Assembly: GCA_013239625.1 (NCBI GenBank)
Contig: MU053881.1
Coordinates: forward strand, 1,798,001 to 1,862,000
DNA: 64,000 nt
DNA from: Lama guanicoe
Lineage: Eukaryota
Direction: 5' to 3'
The translations under genes and the position numbers were made by a program. Shown piece after piece: positions 1-19,935 of this stretch (position 1 is its first letter; every line of letters starts with the position of its first letter). The notes below the pieces were generated by a model. That model ran no database searches. It worked only from the letters and a program-made list of their open reading frames with translations, and was not told the DNA's origin.

Positions 1-13
1 CTCCCCATCACTG

Positions 14-19
14 TTTATT
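14..19 (-). terminator. Candidate B4GALT7 polyadenylation signal AATAAA
   Basis: TTTATT on plus at 14-19, about 210 nt downstream of the B4GALT7 stop codon. Confidence 0.65.
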
Positions 20-226
20 GCTAGCAGCGTTGCAGGTACCCTGTGTGTGTCCTGTCCTGGCTCAAGCCTGCCTTGGGGGCGGGGCTGCTGCAAACACGTG
101 GCTTGCTGTCCGCTACTTCAGGCCACGCCACGTCCTACTGGAGCTGGGCCTGAAGCTTGAGGCTTTGTCCTGGGCCTGAGGAACAGTGTGGCCTGTAGGC
201 ACAGGCTTCCTTACTGTCCAGCCACC

Positions 227-7774
<7,548 letters not shown>

Positions 7775-9269
7775 CGTGGGGGGAGGCGGCGGCGCATGGG
7801 GCTCGAGCTCCCAGCCGGGCCGGCCGGGCCTCCCCGGCCTACGCGGCGCCTCCGCCTCCCGCCCCGCCCAGGCCCGTCCGCCCGCCCCTCGGTCCGCTGG
7901 GTCCGTCGCTTCGGCCGCGCCGTCTGCTCCCCGGAGCTGCAGCGTCAAAGGTTCCGCTTCCGGAGGCACATGTGAGTACTCCAACCGCCGGAACTGCTGC
8001 CTTCCGGGGACCGCTTGACATGCCGAGAAATTGAGGTTTCAGAGGGGGCTCAAGACAAAGGACTGGGGCTGGACTTAGACTCCGGACTTACAAACCAGCA
8101 CCCTGGCAATGATCTGCACCTTCCGCCTCTTCCCAAGGGAAGGCAGGGAGAATCTGAGCAGTCGCGCCGTCAACCCAGGTGCACTCTTCCTCCGCGACAA
8201 GCTTGGAGGAGGGCAGGGCCAAGCTCAGGGATACCCCAAACAGTAGTCAGGAGCCAGGCACTAAACACAGATTGGCTGGATTCGAACCCTGACTGTGCCA
8301 GTTCGGCTATGTTGGGGGTGGGTGGGGGGTGGGGGGCAAGATAATCTCTTTTGCTTGTTTCCTCACCTGAGTATATAAATGGTTCCTGATCTACATGGTT
8401 GCTGTGAGGATTAAAGGAGAAAATGCAAACACTGGTACAGTGATGGGCACAGTAGTCCACGCTATATAAATGATAGCTGTCATCTGGGGAGGGGTACTTC
8501 AGTGGAGCTGAGGTGAGAACTGCGGAAGGGAATAAGGAGATTGACTTCCCATATCTGCCCTGTCACCATGGGAACTTAGGCCCCAGCTAGGCCAGCTTCC
8601 CACCTGGGAAGAGAGTGGCAGAGTTATTAACTTGATCTCCTCTCTTCTTCCAGGCAAAATTTAAATCTCCTAATAAATAGCTAACATCGAATGAGTTTTT
8701 ACTATGTACCAGTCATTGTAAATTCTTTACTACTGTTATCTCAGTATGTCCTTATGAATATTGCACTTATTATGCCCACTTTACAGATGAGGGAACTGAG
8801 GCACACAGAGACAATTCAGGATGTAAGCCCAGGTAGTTTGGTTTCACAAGCTGTGGACTCAGGCACTCTGCTTCTGAGAGGACTTCACTATGGGTGGGAA
8901 ATTAATCATTCCCAGCAGCCCCTTTTCTCCCTTTAACCAAGCATACAACCCACCAGTCCCCTTCCCACTGAACTCTCCCAGGGCACCACACCCTGTACCA
9001 GAACCTTGACAAATCCAGCCTAGATTTGGCTAATGACAAAGGCAAGGCTGACCCCTGCAGAGACCAGTCAGATAAGGCCAGTGATGGAAGCAGGAAAATG
9101 GGACTGACCTGGGAAGCACAAGCCCAGATAGCTGCCATTCAGTCCAGCTAATTGTAGTCGCATTGAGATGAAGCCCCAGTAGTATCAGATCTGACTTAGC
9201 TCAAGGAATCAGATTTCATCTAAAAACCTAAATTAACTAATTTTAAGCTATGTGGTATCTATAGTCATG

Positions 9270-9690
9270 TTGGCAATTAGTACCCTTAATATGAGGGGAT
9301 GAGAGTGGCACTTTTCTTCTGTGGCCTCTCTTTCAAAAACCCAGGACCCTAGTCTAATGATGAGAAAACAGCAGACAAATCACAATTCAGGGAAATTCTA
9401 CAAAATACCTGAACAGTACTCCTGAAAACCGTCAAGATAATGAACAAGTAAAGTCTGAGAAACTGTCACAGCCAAGAGAAGCCCAAGGGGAGACAACGAA
9501 ATGTAATTTGGTATCCTAGACAGATCTTGGAACAGACACTAGGTAACAACTAAGGAAATCTGCATGAAGTATGGACCATCACTACTGGTTCATCAGTTTT
9601 AACATGTACTCATGTTATTGCATCATGTTAATAAGGTAAACTATCTTCACAATTTTTCTGTAACTCTAAAGCTGTTTTTAAAAAAAGGTT
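9270..9690 (+). mobile_element. Old L1 (L1MC-like) 3' fragment
   Basis: Resembles L1M 3'UTR (CCCTAGTCTAATGATGAGAAAACAGCAGACAAATC...) and ends in an A-run. Confidence 0.5.
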
Positions 9691-10485
9691 TTTCCTAAAT
9701 GTGGAGGTCTAGGTGGCAATATGAGCTCAGACTACATTCTCCTAGCAATTCAAGTAGTCCCCAAATTTGTCTCCCCACCCCCAGTCTCTTTCTCACACAC
9801 TGTTGGATAACCTCTCCCAAATTCATATTCAGGGGGTTCTTATACTCAAAACTTTGCTGAACAGTGGTAACATCCAAATCTCTTATCTGGGGTTCAAGGC
9901 TCTTCTAACTCTAACCAACCTTCCTTTCCAGCTTTCTCACAACACCTCTCCCTCAACACCAGCTGAAAAAATGCTCATCCGTCTCCATTCCAGCTGTTTG
10001 CCTGTCTCTCTCAACCACCTCTGCCTTGCCTTCTTTCATCAAAATCCTTCCTCTTCTTCAAAGTCTTTGCTGAAATCTCATGCTATTGGTTAAGCCCATC
10101 AATATCCTCATCCCCACCAGCCCAGGGCTTTTTGTCCTTCCCACACCAGCAGATCCCTCTGTTCAATGCACACTACCTTCCCTAACTAGGCACTTCCTTG
10201 CAGCACAATTCTGTCCACCTACTGTAGAAGGCAGAGCAATTCACAGGGGAGCTGGTGTAGAGGAAATGGTGTGAATTTGAGCACCAACCCCACAATTTAC
10301 TTGTCGGATGATCTTGGGCAACACCACCAACCAGGGAGGATCAAAAGAATGAAGTTCACAGGTGGATATTCATCTTAGGATGTGAAGAGCTTTGCCCGTT
10401 GGGAAAACACACTCCCTCAAACACCCTGTGGTGTTATGCCGTTGACAGTAGAGTAAATTTACACTGGACAAGAAGTCAATTTTTT

Positions 10486-10491
10486 TTTAAT
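10486..10491 (-). terminator. Candidate TMED9 polyadenylation signal ATTAAA
   Basis: TTTAAT on plus in an A/T-rich tract about 675 nt downstream of the stop codon. Confidence 0.45.
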
Positions 10492-11165
10492 TGGGAAACC
10501 AATGTAACAAACTTAGACTTATTGAAAATGAAATCAGTAACTAAGATTCTGCAGGCCCCACCCCCAACCAGCACCAAAGCCTCTGCTTGGCCTGACCCGT
10601 TTCTCTAGCCCCAAAAAGAACAACCACATGAAGAATCCGGGGTCAAATTCAGGGCCACGTTCCCACGCTGCCACCCCACTACCCCACCCTCAACACACAT
10701 GCCCCAGATCAGCAGGCTGGGTCTAGGCCCAAAGGGGGAGTAGTGAGGTTCCCCAGGTGGCAGGGAATCAAAGCTACATCCCAACCTGGTCAAAATCCCA
10801 AGTTAGCAAAGGAAGACAGAAGGAAGATTGGCTTGCCCACCCATGTCCCTCCCCCCAGCCACCCCAGACAACAGCCTCACATCCCTGATCAGTAACACTG
10901 TGATTCTGAGGTGTCAGTAGGGCTCCCAGTGGCTTCACCAGCCCCTGGGAGATTACTGCAAAGGGCCCAGAGCCCAGGAGAAGGAGCAACTGCCCCACCA
11001 CCTGCTCAGTATTAGCAAGCCAAGCTGCTGCCCTCAGCATGTGCTGGCCCCTCTCCCCAGAACATCCATGGCTGGGAACCAGTCCTCCTGCCAGACAGAA
11101 GTCAGTCCAGGAGGACCTTTCTTCCCCAGTCAGAGAGGAAGGATGGCCTGTGAGGCTTGGGATGG

Positions 11166-14100
11166 CTACACCAGCTTCTTGGCTTCAAAGAAGCTCTTGA
11201 GGTGTCGCATCTGCCAGACGCCGATGGCTACGAGGATGAGGGTCTGCAGGATGGACCACCACAGCACCCGCTGGTTGGTGCTCTCGCTGGTCTGCCGGAA
11301 GCGCTCCTCTCGCCACTGTGGGAGGGGAGAATGAAAGAAGAGCCTGAGTTGGTTGGGGGTCACCTGCAGTTCACTAGAACTGCTGGATTCCTTCCCTGGA
11401 AGATACCCCAGGACCAACCAACTTTGCCCAGGTTCCAGGCAAGTGCCTGAAAAAAGCCATTTCACCCAGGGACTGTTTTCACCCTCACCAGTCAGATGAC
11501 CTCAAACAACCCACTCACTTCTCCTAAGTCTGTCTGCTCATCTGTCAGGTACGGTCCTCCCCCAGGTGCCTGGGGGAGTGGTAAAGTGGTTGTGGTATCA
11601 CCCTATCAGACAGAGCTGTCCTGCAATGCTCAGAAGGGGACCTGCTCTGAGCCCTCTGCCCGGGTCTCCCAAACTGCTCCTTGAAGATTGTGGGCACAAG
11701 TTGAAAATTGGTGGCTCAGGGGCTGGATCTAGCCCGTATGTGTGTTTTGTTTGGTTCACGTAGTGTTCTGACAACATTTAAAACCTGAAAAATTTCACAT
11801 AAACAACCTGAATCTCTAGCTCCTCCTAAAACCCAGAGCTAGCATCTCTGCAAGGCTGTCCTCAGCTGGTAACATGAGCCATTCCTGTTTAGAGAGGGCA
11901 CTATTTTACCAGTCCTTATAGTCACAAATCCATTCATCGTACCTGCCTAGCTCCAGAGTTTGAAACTCTGGTCCTGGGAGCACTGAGGACCATGGAACTA
12001 GCACCCAAGGTGTTGATATCAATTCCTGCTGTCACTTTGTGTATCTCCTAATAAGACAATGACAGCCTCTTAAGAGATCTGTCTCCTCAATTACAAAGTA
12101 GAGCCAGTAATACCCATGCCACCACTTAGCCTAACAACACAGCAGAGACACGTAAGTCCCTGGGGTTCAAAATGAATCTGACGTGCAACTCCTGGCTAAG
12201 TGAGTGCGCAGCGTCTGGGGAGAAGCCCACTGCTCCCGGCCTGACCACTCACCCGCTGGTAGTTCTGCTCTTTCTGGATCTGCTCCACCTGCTCCACCAG
12301 CTGTCGCACACGTAGCTGCAACTCACTCAACTTGTCTTTGGCAGCAATTTCTGCATAGTCATTGGCATGTTCACCTACCTGGATGTCCAGATGAACTCTC
12401 TGGAGACAGACAAGGAAGATAAGGAGAATCAGGTAGTCCTGCTGTGTCTTCCTGCCAGGGCCTAACAGCTGGTCCTCCCACCTTTCTTCATTTGTTCATT
12501 TAGCCAACACTGACTGAGGCCTCCTCAGTGTCCGGCCCTATGGGGCTCTAGGCCCATAGGCAAGAACAAGCCTTGGCTGATGCTTGCCTAGAGCATATAC
12601 AAAGAGCCCTGCAACCATGTCCTGAATATCCACCGGAAACCCGGTCTTATCAGGAGACACAAAATCTGACACAGTCATCTCACACCCACAGTATCACCAG
12701 TCTCCAGCCCTGACCATGGGCTAGAGGCTGAAAGCCATGAGTCCCATGTGGGTCCACTTACCAGCATGCCTCCAGCAAAAAGGGAGAACTTGGTGGAATT
12801 GGAGTGAAGACAGATTTGGTGCTCACCAGGGGTGTGGGAGGTGAAGGTGAACCTGCCTTCAGAGCCATACTGCCGGGCCAGGATGACCTGGAGAGAAGAG
12901 GCTTCGGTGAGTGTTATAGTGGGGATGGGGCTGGACGGTGATTAAGGCAGTAAGAGCCTCAAAAGTTGACAGGCAGAGCCTTAGGCACCCTGCAACACTA
13001 AAAGGTTTAGTGCTGGTTAGCAGCAGGTGCCAAAAACTTGTCTTCAAACAATTTGGAGCAGGGGTGAAGAGTCTAACATTAGTCTGGCACATGACCACAC
13101 TTGGAAAGGGCTTTCTTTATTCATGGCTTGTGACCTTTCAACTCTTTTGGTGTAATTATTTTTTTTTAAGTGAAAGTGACAGCTAAAGGGTTTTGGAAGG
13201 GGAGGGTACAGCTCAAGTGTTAGAGTGCATGCTTAGCATGCATGAGGCCTTGGGTTCAATCCCCAGTACCTCCTCTAAAAATAAACCTAATTGCCTTCCT
13301 CCCACCAAAATAAATACATACATACATACATACATAAAATTTTAAATTAAAAAAAGAGTTTTGGGTTTTTGGTTTGTTTGTTTTAATATCCTTATCTGTC
13401 AAAATCAAAAGCTGCTCATTCTTTTCGGAAAGTACCCTATTCCGTGAAATCCTAAAGTCTAGATGTCACAGCTTTAGAGTTGACAAAACTCTTCGATTTC
13501 CAGCAGCACAATTAATCCACCCATCACCCATTACCCATTACCTATCTATAAGATAGACGAATTTCCATTTCACAGACCAGGAAAATGGCTCAGGAAAAGT
13601 AAAGGACTTCGCCGAGTCCTAAAGTGGTAAGAGGCTGAGAGGAGCAGCCAGCACTGCAACAGCCCAAGGCTGGCCTGGAGTGAAAATCCAGCATCTTCCC
13701 ACAATACCAACTGTTTTTACCAGTTTAGCAGATGCGGAAACCAGGAAGGGAAGTAACAGAGCCTGCTTGGTCTGGCGCTCAAGTGCAGAGCAGAGGGCTC
13801 AGCGAGGTTCAAGGGCCGCCTCACCTTGTCCTCTGGGTCCTTCACCTCCACGAACATGCCAAGCCCGGGGGTGGCCGGCTGGTACTCCTCTCGCTGCTTG
13901 TCATACAGCTGCGTCCGGTAGTTTCCTGGGGAGAAGCGAGGCGAGCGCAATCAGAGGAGCGCGGGGAGGCGCCGGGTCCGCGGCCACCGGTGCACGGCGA
14001 GGCCGGCTGCTCCTGGCTCCGGAGAGCTGACTTGCCCGCACCCCGCGCCCCAAGACCGCGGTCTAGTCGCAAACTCTCCCCCGTCCCCCGCACCTATAAC

Positions 14101-14277
14101 CATGGTCTCGTCCGGAATCTCCTCGATAAAGCACTTCTTTTCTGTCTCCCCGATGTGAAAGTAGAGCGCGCCTCCGCGGGCCGCGAACAACAGCAGCAGG
14201 AGGAGGGCCCGAACGACCCTACCCAGCCCCGCTCCCGGGCAGGGCCCAGCGACCCGCGCGCTCTGCTCCGCAGCCAT
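11166..14277 (-). CDS. TMED9: Transmembrane emp24 domain-containing protein 9 (p24-alpha2/p25), complete, 5 exons, 235 aa
   Basis: Exons (minus): 14277-14094, 13925-13825, 12887-12762, 12399-12253, 11315-11166 (184/101/126/147/150 nt, total 708), all GT-AG. Signal peptide, GOLD domain ([27 protein letters not shown]...[12 protein letters not shown]), coiled coil, TM helix, tail [10 protein letters not shown]. Confidence 0.98.
13199..13355 (+). mobile_element. tRNA-derived SINE (camelid Vic-1-like) in TMED9 intron 2
   Basis: Head GGGGAGGGTACAGCTCAAGTGTTAGAG...GGTTCAATCCCC with Pol III A/B boxes, A-rich (TACA)n tail, near-perfect TSD AAAG(G/A)GTTTTGG. Confidence 0.85.
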
Positions 14278-14500
14278 CTTGCCCCACCTGCCCGCGCAGC
14301 CGCGGCCGGCCGCGCCACGTAGCCCTGCCGCCGCCGCGGGGCGTGCCGGGACAGCGAGTTCAGCCGGGTGGACTACAAGTCCCGAGATGTCCCGGGAAGG
14401 CGGCGCGGCAGTACCTGATTGGGGCGCCGCTTCTACCTAGGACCAAATTGGGGCCCCAGAAACGAAAAATTCTTTCCGTTGACCCTCGTCGCGGAACGGC
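13800..14500 (-). promoter_or_regulatory. TMED9 CpG island promoter with ZNF143/THAP11-type motif (14372-14389) and CCAAT box (14418-14422)
   Basis: ACTACAAGTCCCGAGATG matches the ACTACAnnTCCC composite motif; ATTGG on plus reads CCAAT on the sense strand; CpG-dense. Confidence 0.8.
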
Positions 14501-16098
14501 GACTGGTGATGATTATCAATTTTTTATAGATGATGAAACTTGCGAAGTTTGAGTCACGAAGAGAATTATGAGCAGGAACAGGATTCGAACCTAGGATCCT
14601 TGATTTCCCTCGGCACAACATCTGCCAGTCAGAGCTTCTATTTTTAAAAAATGAACTTTGAGAAAAACGACACAAACCATCATCAATTTCTCTTCGAAAA
14701 TGACTCAAATACTGAAAGAGAGAAGGAAGAGGAAGAAGAAGAAGTCGTCACAATATCCTTTTACCATTTTTTTGCCCATCAAACCCCAGCCACTCCTGTA
14801 TCTGATTTGTATGCTCCCAGGCATTTCCCTTTATCCCCCTACAAACACGCACACTCAACTTGCTCACTTACTCACTCACATTCGCGCTTGCTTTGCTGCC
14901 GAATCCCAGCCGCTACGGCTCAACTCTGGACCGGGATCTAGAACCCTAGTTGCCGGCAGGTAAAGGGGTATTTGTGGAGGGGTTGAGGCGGAACCGCTGT
15001 TTTGGAGAGTTCTGCACTCAGTGTGAAATCAGCAAAGATCTGCGTTTAGTGTCCTTCCTGGATTTTATTACGAATTTCAGTATGTTTTGGCAGCTTTTCT
15101 TCGTAGTTAGCAGTTTATAATTGTTCTACCTCAAGGCGTCATAAAAGTTGGGGTTTTCTATTTTGAGTTCTCTTTGTTGTTTCATTTGGCCCTAGGGAAG
15201 GAGATTTAGTGGGATGTATTTACATTTCTCCCTCGATGGAAAGTCTTTACCTCATTTTTCTTACCAGTAGTAATATTCCATAATATGAATGTATCTTATT
15301 TTTTAACCATTACTTTATGAAAATGGTTAAGATTTCTTTCCCCCTAATTATTTGCTCTTACAAATAATGCTGCAATAAAAGTTCTTGTTCATTTTCTATA
15401 AAGCATTACTGTAGGACATAGTTTTGTCGATAAGAGATCACAAATTGCCCTCCCAAAAACTTTGTACAAATTTACAATCCCAGCAACAGTTTGTTGGGAG
15501 TGCTTCCTTCCCCAAACCCTGGTCAGAGCTTCTCAACCTTTTTAATCTTTACTATATCAGTGAGGGAAAAATGGTATTTCACTATCCTTTTAATTTCTAT
15601 TTCCTTGAATACTGAACATTTTTTGTTGGTCATTTGTTTTCTTCTATAAATTGCTTGTTGTGTTTTCCTCTGTGCTATTATAACTACATACTATTACTGC
15701 TGTTGTAACCACCACTCAGAATTAAATGATTACAGAATTAATAAATGATGTTTTATAATAATACTTTCAGGTATTTTTAAAATTCAACTTTTTTATATTG
15801 AGATAATTATAGATTAACATGGAGTTGTAAGAAATAATTAAGAGAGATCCAAAGTACCCATTATCCAGTTTCCCCCAGTAGTATCATTTTGCCCAAGTAT
15901 GATACAATTATCACAACCAGGATATTGACATTGATATAGTTAAGACACAAAACATTTCCATCACCACAAGGATCTTTCACAATTATCTTATTATAACCAC
16001 ACCCACTTCCCTACCCCCCCACCCCCTCCTTAACCCCAGATAACCACTAATCTGTGTTTTCCATTTCTGTAACTTTGTCATTTCAAGAATGTTATATG

Positions 16099-16332
16099 GG
16101 GGGGTGGAGGGTGGGAAGGGATAGTCTGGGATTTCAAAATTGTAGAATAGATAAACAAGATTACACTGTATAGCACAGAGAAATATACACGAAATGTTAT
16201 GATAACTCACAGAGAAAAAAATGTGACAATGAGTGTGTATATGTCCATGAATGACTGAAAAATTGTGCTGAACACTGGAATTTGACACAACATTGTAAAA
16301 TGATTATAAATCAATAAAAAAGTTTAAAAAAA
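16099..16332 (+). mobile_element. Young 5'-truncated L1 3' end inserted in an older minus-strand L1M relic (~15780-16460)
   Basis: AATAAA plus poly(A) tail; perfect TSD AAGAATGTTATATG at 16085-16098 and 16333-16346; same 3'UTR family as the copies at 27.0 and 37.6 kb. Confidence 0.85.
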
Positions 16333-16789
16333 AAGAATGTTATATGAATGGAATCATATAGTATGTAACCTCCTGAGATTGGCTTTTTTTTCACCCAGCA
16401 TAATTCTATGGAGATTTATTCAATTTATTGCATGCACCAACTGTTAGTTTCTTTTTATAGTTAAAAAAAAGCCCATTACACACAATGTATAAAGATATAA
16501 TTTTGTAACATAAACAACTGAAAGAGGTGAGAACAGCGCTGTTAAAGGAGCAAAGTTTTTGTATGTTATTGAAAGTAAACTGGTATAAATTCAAGTTAGA
16601 GTATTACAACTTTAGGATGTTAAATGGAATCCCCATGGTAACCACAAAGAAAATAGCTAAAGAATATACACAGAAGGAAATGAGAAAGGAATGTAAATGT
16701 TTCACTACAAAAAGTAATGCAAAAGATAGTAAATGCAGGAAGTGAGGAACAAAAAACTATAAGGGAAATAGAGACAACAAAATCACAAC

Positions 16790-17640
16790 AGACTGCTAAA
16801 CAACCATTAGCAAAAAAGAAAACTGGAACCTAGCGAAAAAGGTCATCTTAAACTGGAAACGAAAAGGGAACCACAGTGGGATGGGGCATGCTCCTGATAT
16901 AATCAGTATAATCCAGCCCCATATCCCCAGGATGGGGGGCAAGCGACCGACAAGCTGAAGGATAATTAAGTCACAGAGGCCCTCCCACAGGAGTGAGAGT
17001 TCTAAGCCCCACGTCAGGCTTCCCAGCCCAGGTTCTGGCATTGGAAGGAGGAGGAGATCCCCAAGACATCTGGTTTTGAAGGCCAGTGGGGCTTAATTCC
17101 AGGAGCCCCTTGAGACTGGGGGAAATAGACTTCATTCTCTTGGGAAGCATACACAGAATTTCACGTGCGCCAGGTCCAAGGGCAGAGGCAGTGATTTCAT
17201 AGGAACCTGGGCCAGACCTGCCTGCTGGTTTTGGAGGGTCTCCTGGGGAGGTAGGGAATGGCTGCAGCTCACCCAGGGTACACAAAATGCTGGTGGTGGA
17301 CATACCGAGAGTATTCAACTACAAGAGGCTGACATCTTGACTGGTTCATTAGCACCCACCCAACAGCTTGTAGGATTAAGGGCTGGGAAGCCTCAGGCCA
17401 AACAACATACTGAGTGGAAACACAGCCCCACCCATCAGCTGACTTTTGGAGCCACAAAGGCCTCTACCCACCAGAGGTCCAGGACCAAGCTTCACCCAGC
17501 AGTGGGCAGGCACCAAATCCTCCAGCCAGGAAACCTGCATGGGCTTCTAGTCCAGCCTCATCCATCAGGAGGCAGATAGCAGAAATAAGAAAACAACAAT
17601 CCCAAAGCCTGTGGAAGGATTCCACAAACACAGGCCACAC
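16790..17640 (+). mobile_element. L1 5'UTR-like fragment in the TMED9/TMED9-like spacer
   Basis: Resembles laurasiatherian L1 5'UTRs (GAGTGAGAGTTCTAAGCCCCACGTCAGGCTTCCCAGC...GGTTTTGAAGGCCAGTGGGGCTT), from recall. Confidence 0.55.
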
Positions 17641-19519
17641 ACTACTTTTACTACTTGGGAAGCTATGTCACCCATCCTAGCATCTAGGTACTTGGCTTTG
17701 AAATCTTGCTGTAAAGTCGCTGGTGCACTCTCTCCTCACATGCATGTCCCTGCAGGCCCTAGTAATTTTCTACTTTTGTCCCTTTAGGGGATTTCTGAGG
17801 GCAGTCCACTGGACCACTGCCATGCAACAGTGTTACTGTCGGCCAGTGCTGGTCCCTGAATGTCTGTTATATTTCTGCAATGAAGTAAGTACTGAAATTA
17901 AGTGTTTAGAAACCTTTGTAGAAATTTAACATTTATGTGACATCCAAGCACACAATAAGTTTGTTTTACAAAAGTACTGGTTCATGAGGGATTAGAAATT
18001 TTTATGAAAACTCAAAACTAATACCAGTCCTTTGCTGCAGGCAGTGATACTGGCGATTGCAGTTCAGGACCATGGACAGCACCTCTTTCTGCCTCCCCAG
18101 CCCTGAGCGATCACCCCTGCTCCCAGCTCCTGGTGAATGGCCTTGGTTAACAACTACTTCCCAAATCCAACAGATGCTTTTCAGCCCTTGTCTTAATTGA
18201 CCTTTCTGAAGTGTTTGCCTTTGCTAACACATGCATCTGTCATTTTTGTTTAAAGACCATTCCCAAAGAAGGAATAAAAATGTCCCCCTAGAATTTAGCG
18301 GTGTGCCACACCGTTAAAATGAAGGGACAATTCCTGGTAGCTAAACATATTATTAAAACACTGTCTTGATATTGCTTCTTTGCTTTTCAGCGGTCTCTTA
18401 GAGGGCAGGAGACAAGTCTTATTCATCTTCGTGTCCAACATGTATTGTAAGCCAGAGTTTGTAAACCCAGAGTAAATGCCTTTCACTTGTCAGCTGGATG
18501 ACCTTGGGCAAGTTATTACTTAACTTCTCCTTGCCGCTGCTTCCCCAGATGTTAAACTAGAATCCCATTAGAGTCCACCTTATAGAGTTTCTAAAATATT
18601 AATTCAGTTAATACATTTAAGAGTGCTTAGAACAGTGTCTGGCATAGAAGAATTAAAAGTATTATTATTTTCATCCTCAATATTTTATATTGCTGAATAA
18701 AACAATGAGCATCTATTATCATCAGACACTAGATGGTGTAGGTCTTCATCCCACCACCTGGCTAGGGCTCCTGCTGTATATTGACAGTAGTTTGAATCTA
18801 CACTGTCCTACTCAAGGCACCGTGAACTTTGGAATTCCTGAGATTTGCTTTTCCTGGGTCCCATCCTGTTATATTGACTGCACTCTCCCATCCCACCCCT
18901 TTCAGTTGTGTATCACCTTTTCTTTTCCAGTTGGATTCCTGCCACCTTCTGTCACCCTCCAGTCTCACTCACAATCTCTTATGTTCACACTGGATGAAGG
19001 GTCCCACCTGTACAAGTGAGCCTGGCAGCTCCTGCCCCCCTCAGTGATTCAGCCCAATTTACCTCCTCCTCCCTTCCTGTTCCCATAATCTTTCTCCCCC
19101 CAGTCCTTTAACTGGCCTACTGGCTGCTAGGCACTTCCAGGTCCCTCCACCAAAATGTCCTTGCTCCCCCGTTGCTCAGGGAGATTTTAACCATCTTTCA
19201 GAGCTTGAATCAAATTTATCCCTTCCATAAAAGCCATGGTATTTTTCCCTCCCTTTCCTGAACTACTACGTCAGCCTCTGAACCCTAGAGGGCTTCTCTG
19301 CAGTTCTCATTCCGTCTCACCTACATCAGTTCTATGCTCCTCGAGGTTCAGGTCCAGGTCATAAACTTCCCACCTGCCCACACTCTCAACACCCATCTCG
19401 GCAGCCGCTCTGCAAGTTTCAGAGGGCAAGCCCTTTTCTCTCTCTGAGGCTATTACTCCCACCAGCAGGATGGGGCTAAGAGTACCTGGCTCCCTAGATT
19501 TTATTAAGCGAGGAGGGGC

Positions 19520-19935
19520 AGGGAAAGCGCTCGAGAGAGCCTCATTAGTTGGGTGGGGGCTCCGGTGGCCCTTCAGCAGCGCGGGTCCGCGGGAATGCGC
19601 CTGGGGCGGAGCCGCGCGGGGCCTCCTGGGAGTTGTAGTCCGTGCCGGAGTTCGCAGTCTCCGCAGGTCCCGCACGGAGGTGGCAGGCTCGCCCGGGAAG
19701 GTGGCGGGGGCCTGCGGGGTGCAAGGCGCTGGGCCCGGCGCCGGCCCCCGGCGGCGATGGAACCGAATACGGGCAGCGGGACTGACGCTGCCACTGCTGC
19801 TGGGCCAGCTGCTGGCACTGACCGGCGGCGGGGGCGCGTTCTACCTCGAGGTCCGCGAGCTGGAGGAGAAATGCTTCATTCAGGAGATCCCCGATGGCAC
19901 CATGGTCATAGGTGCGCGCGCAGCCAGTCTCGGCC
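19520..19935 (+). promoter_or_regulatory. CpG island promoter of the TMED9-like gene with SP1 GC box (19603-19612) and ZNF143/THAP11-type motif (19627-19639)
   Basis: GGGGCGGAGC and TGGGAGTTGTAGT (reverse complement ACTACAACTCCCA); retained CpG density. Confidence 0.75.

Noticed and set aside
7775..7984. In-frame N-terminal extension of B4GALT7 in the ORF track
   Set aside because: Starts at TTG in the promoter region; the ATG at 7774 already gives the canonical 327-aa protein.
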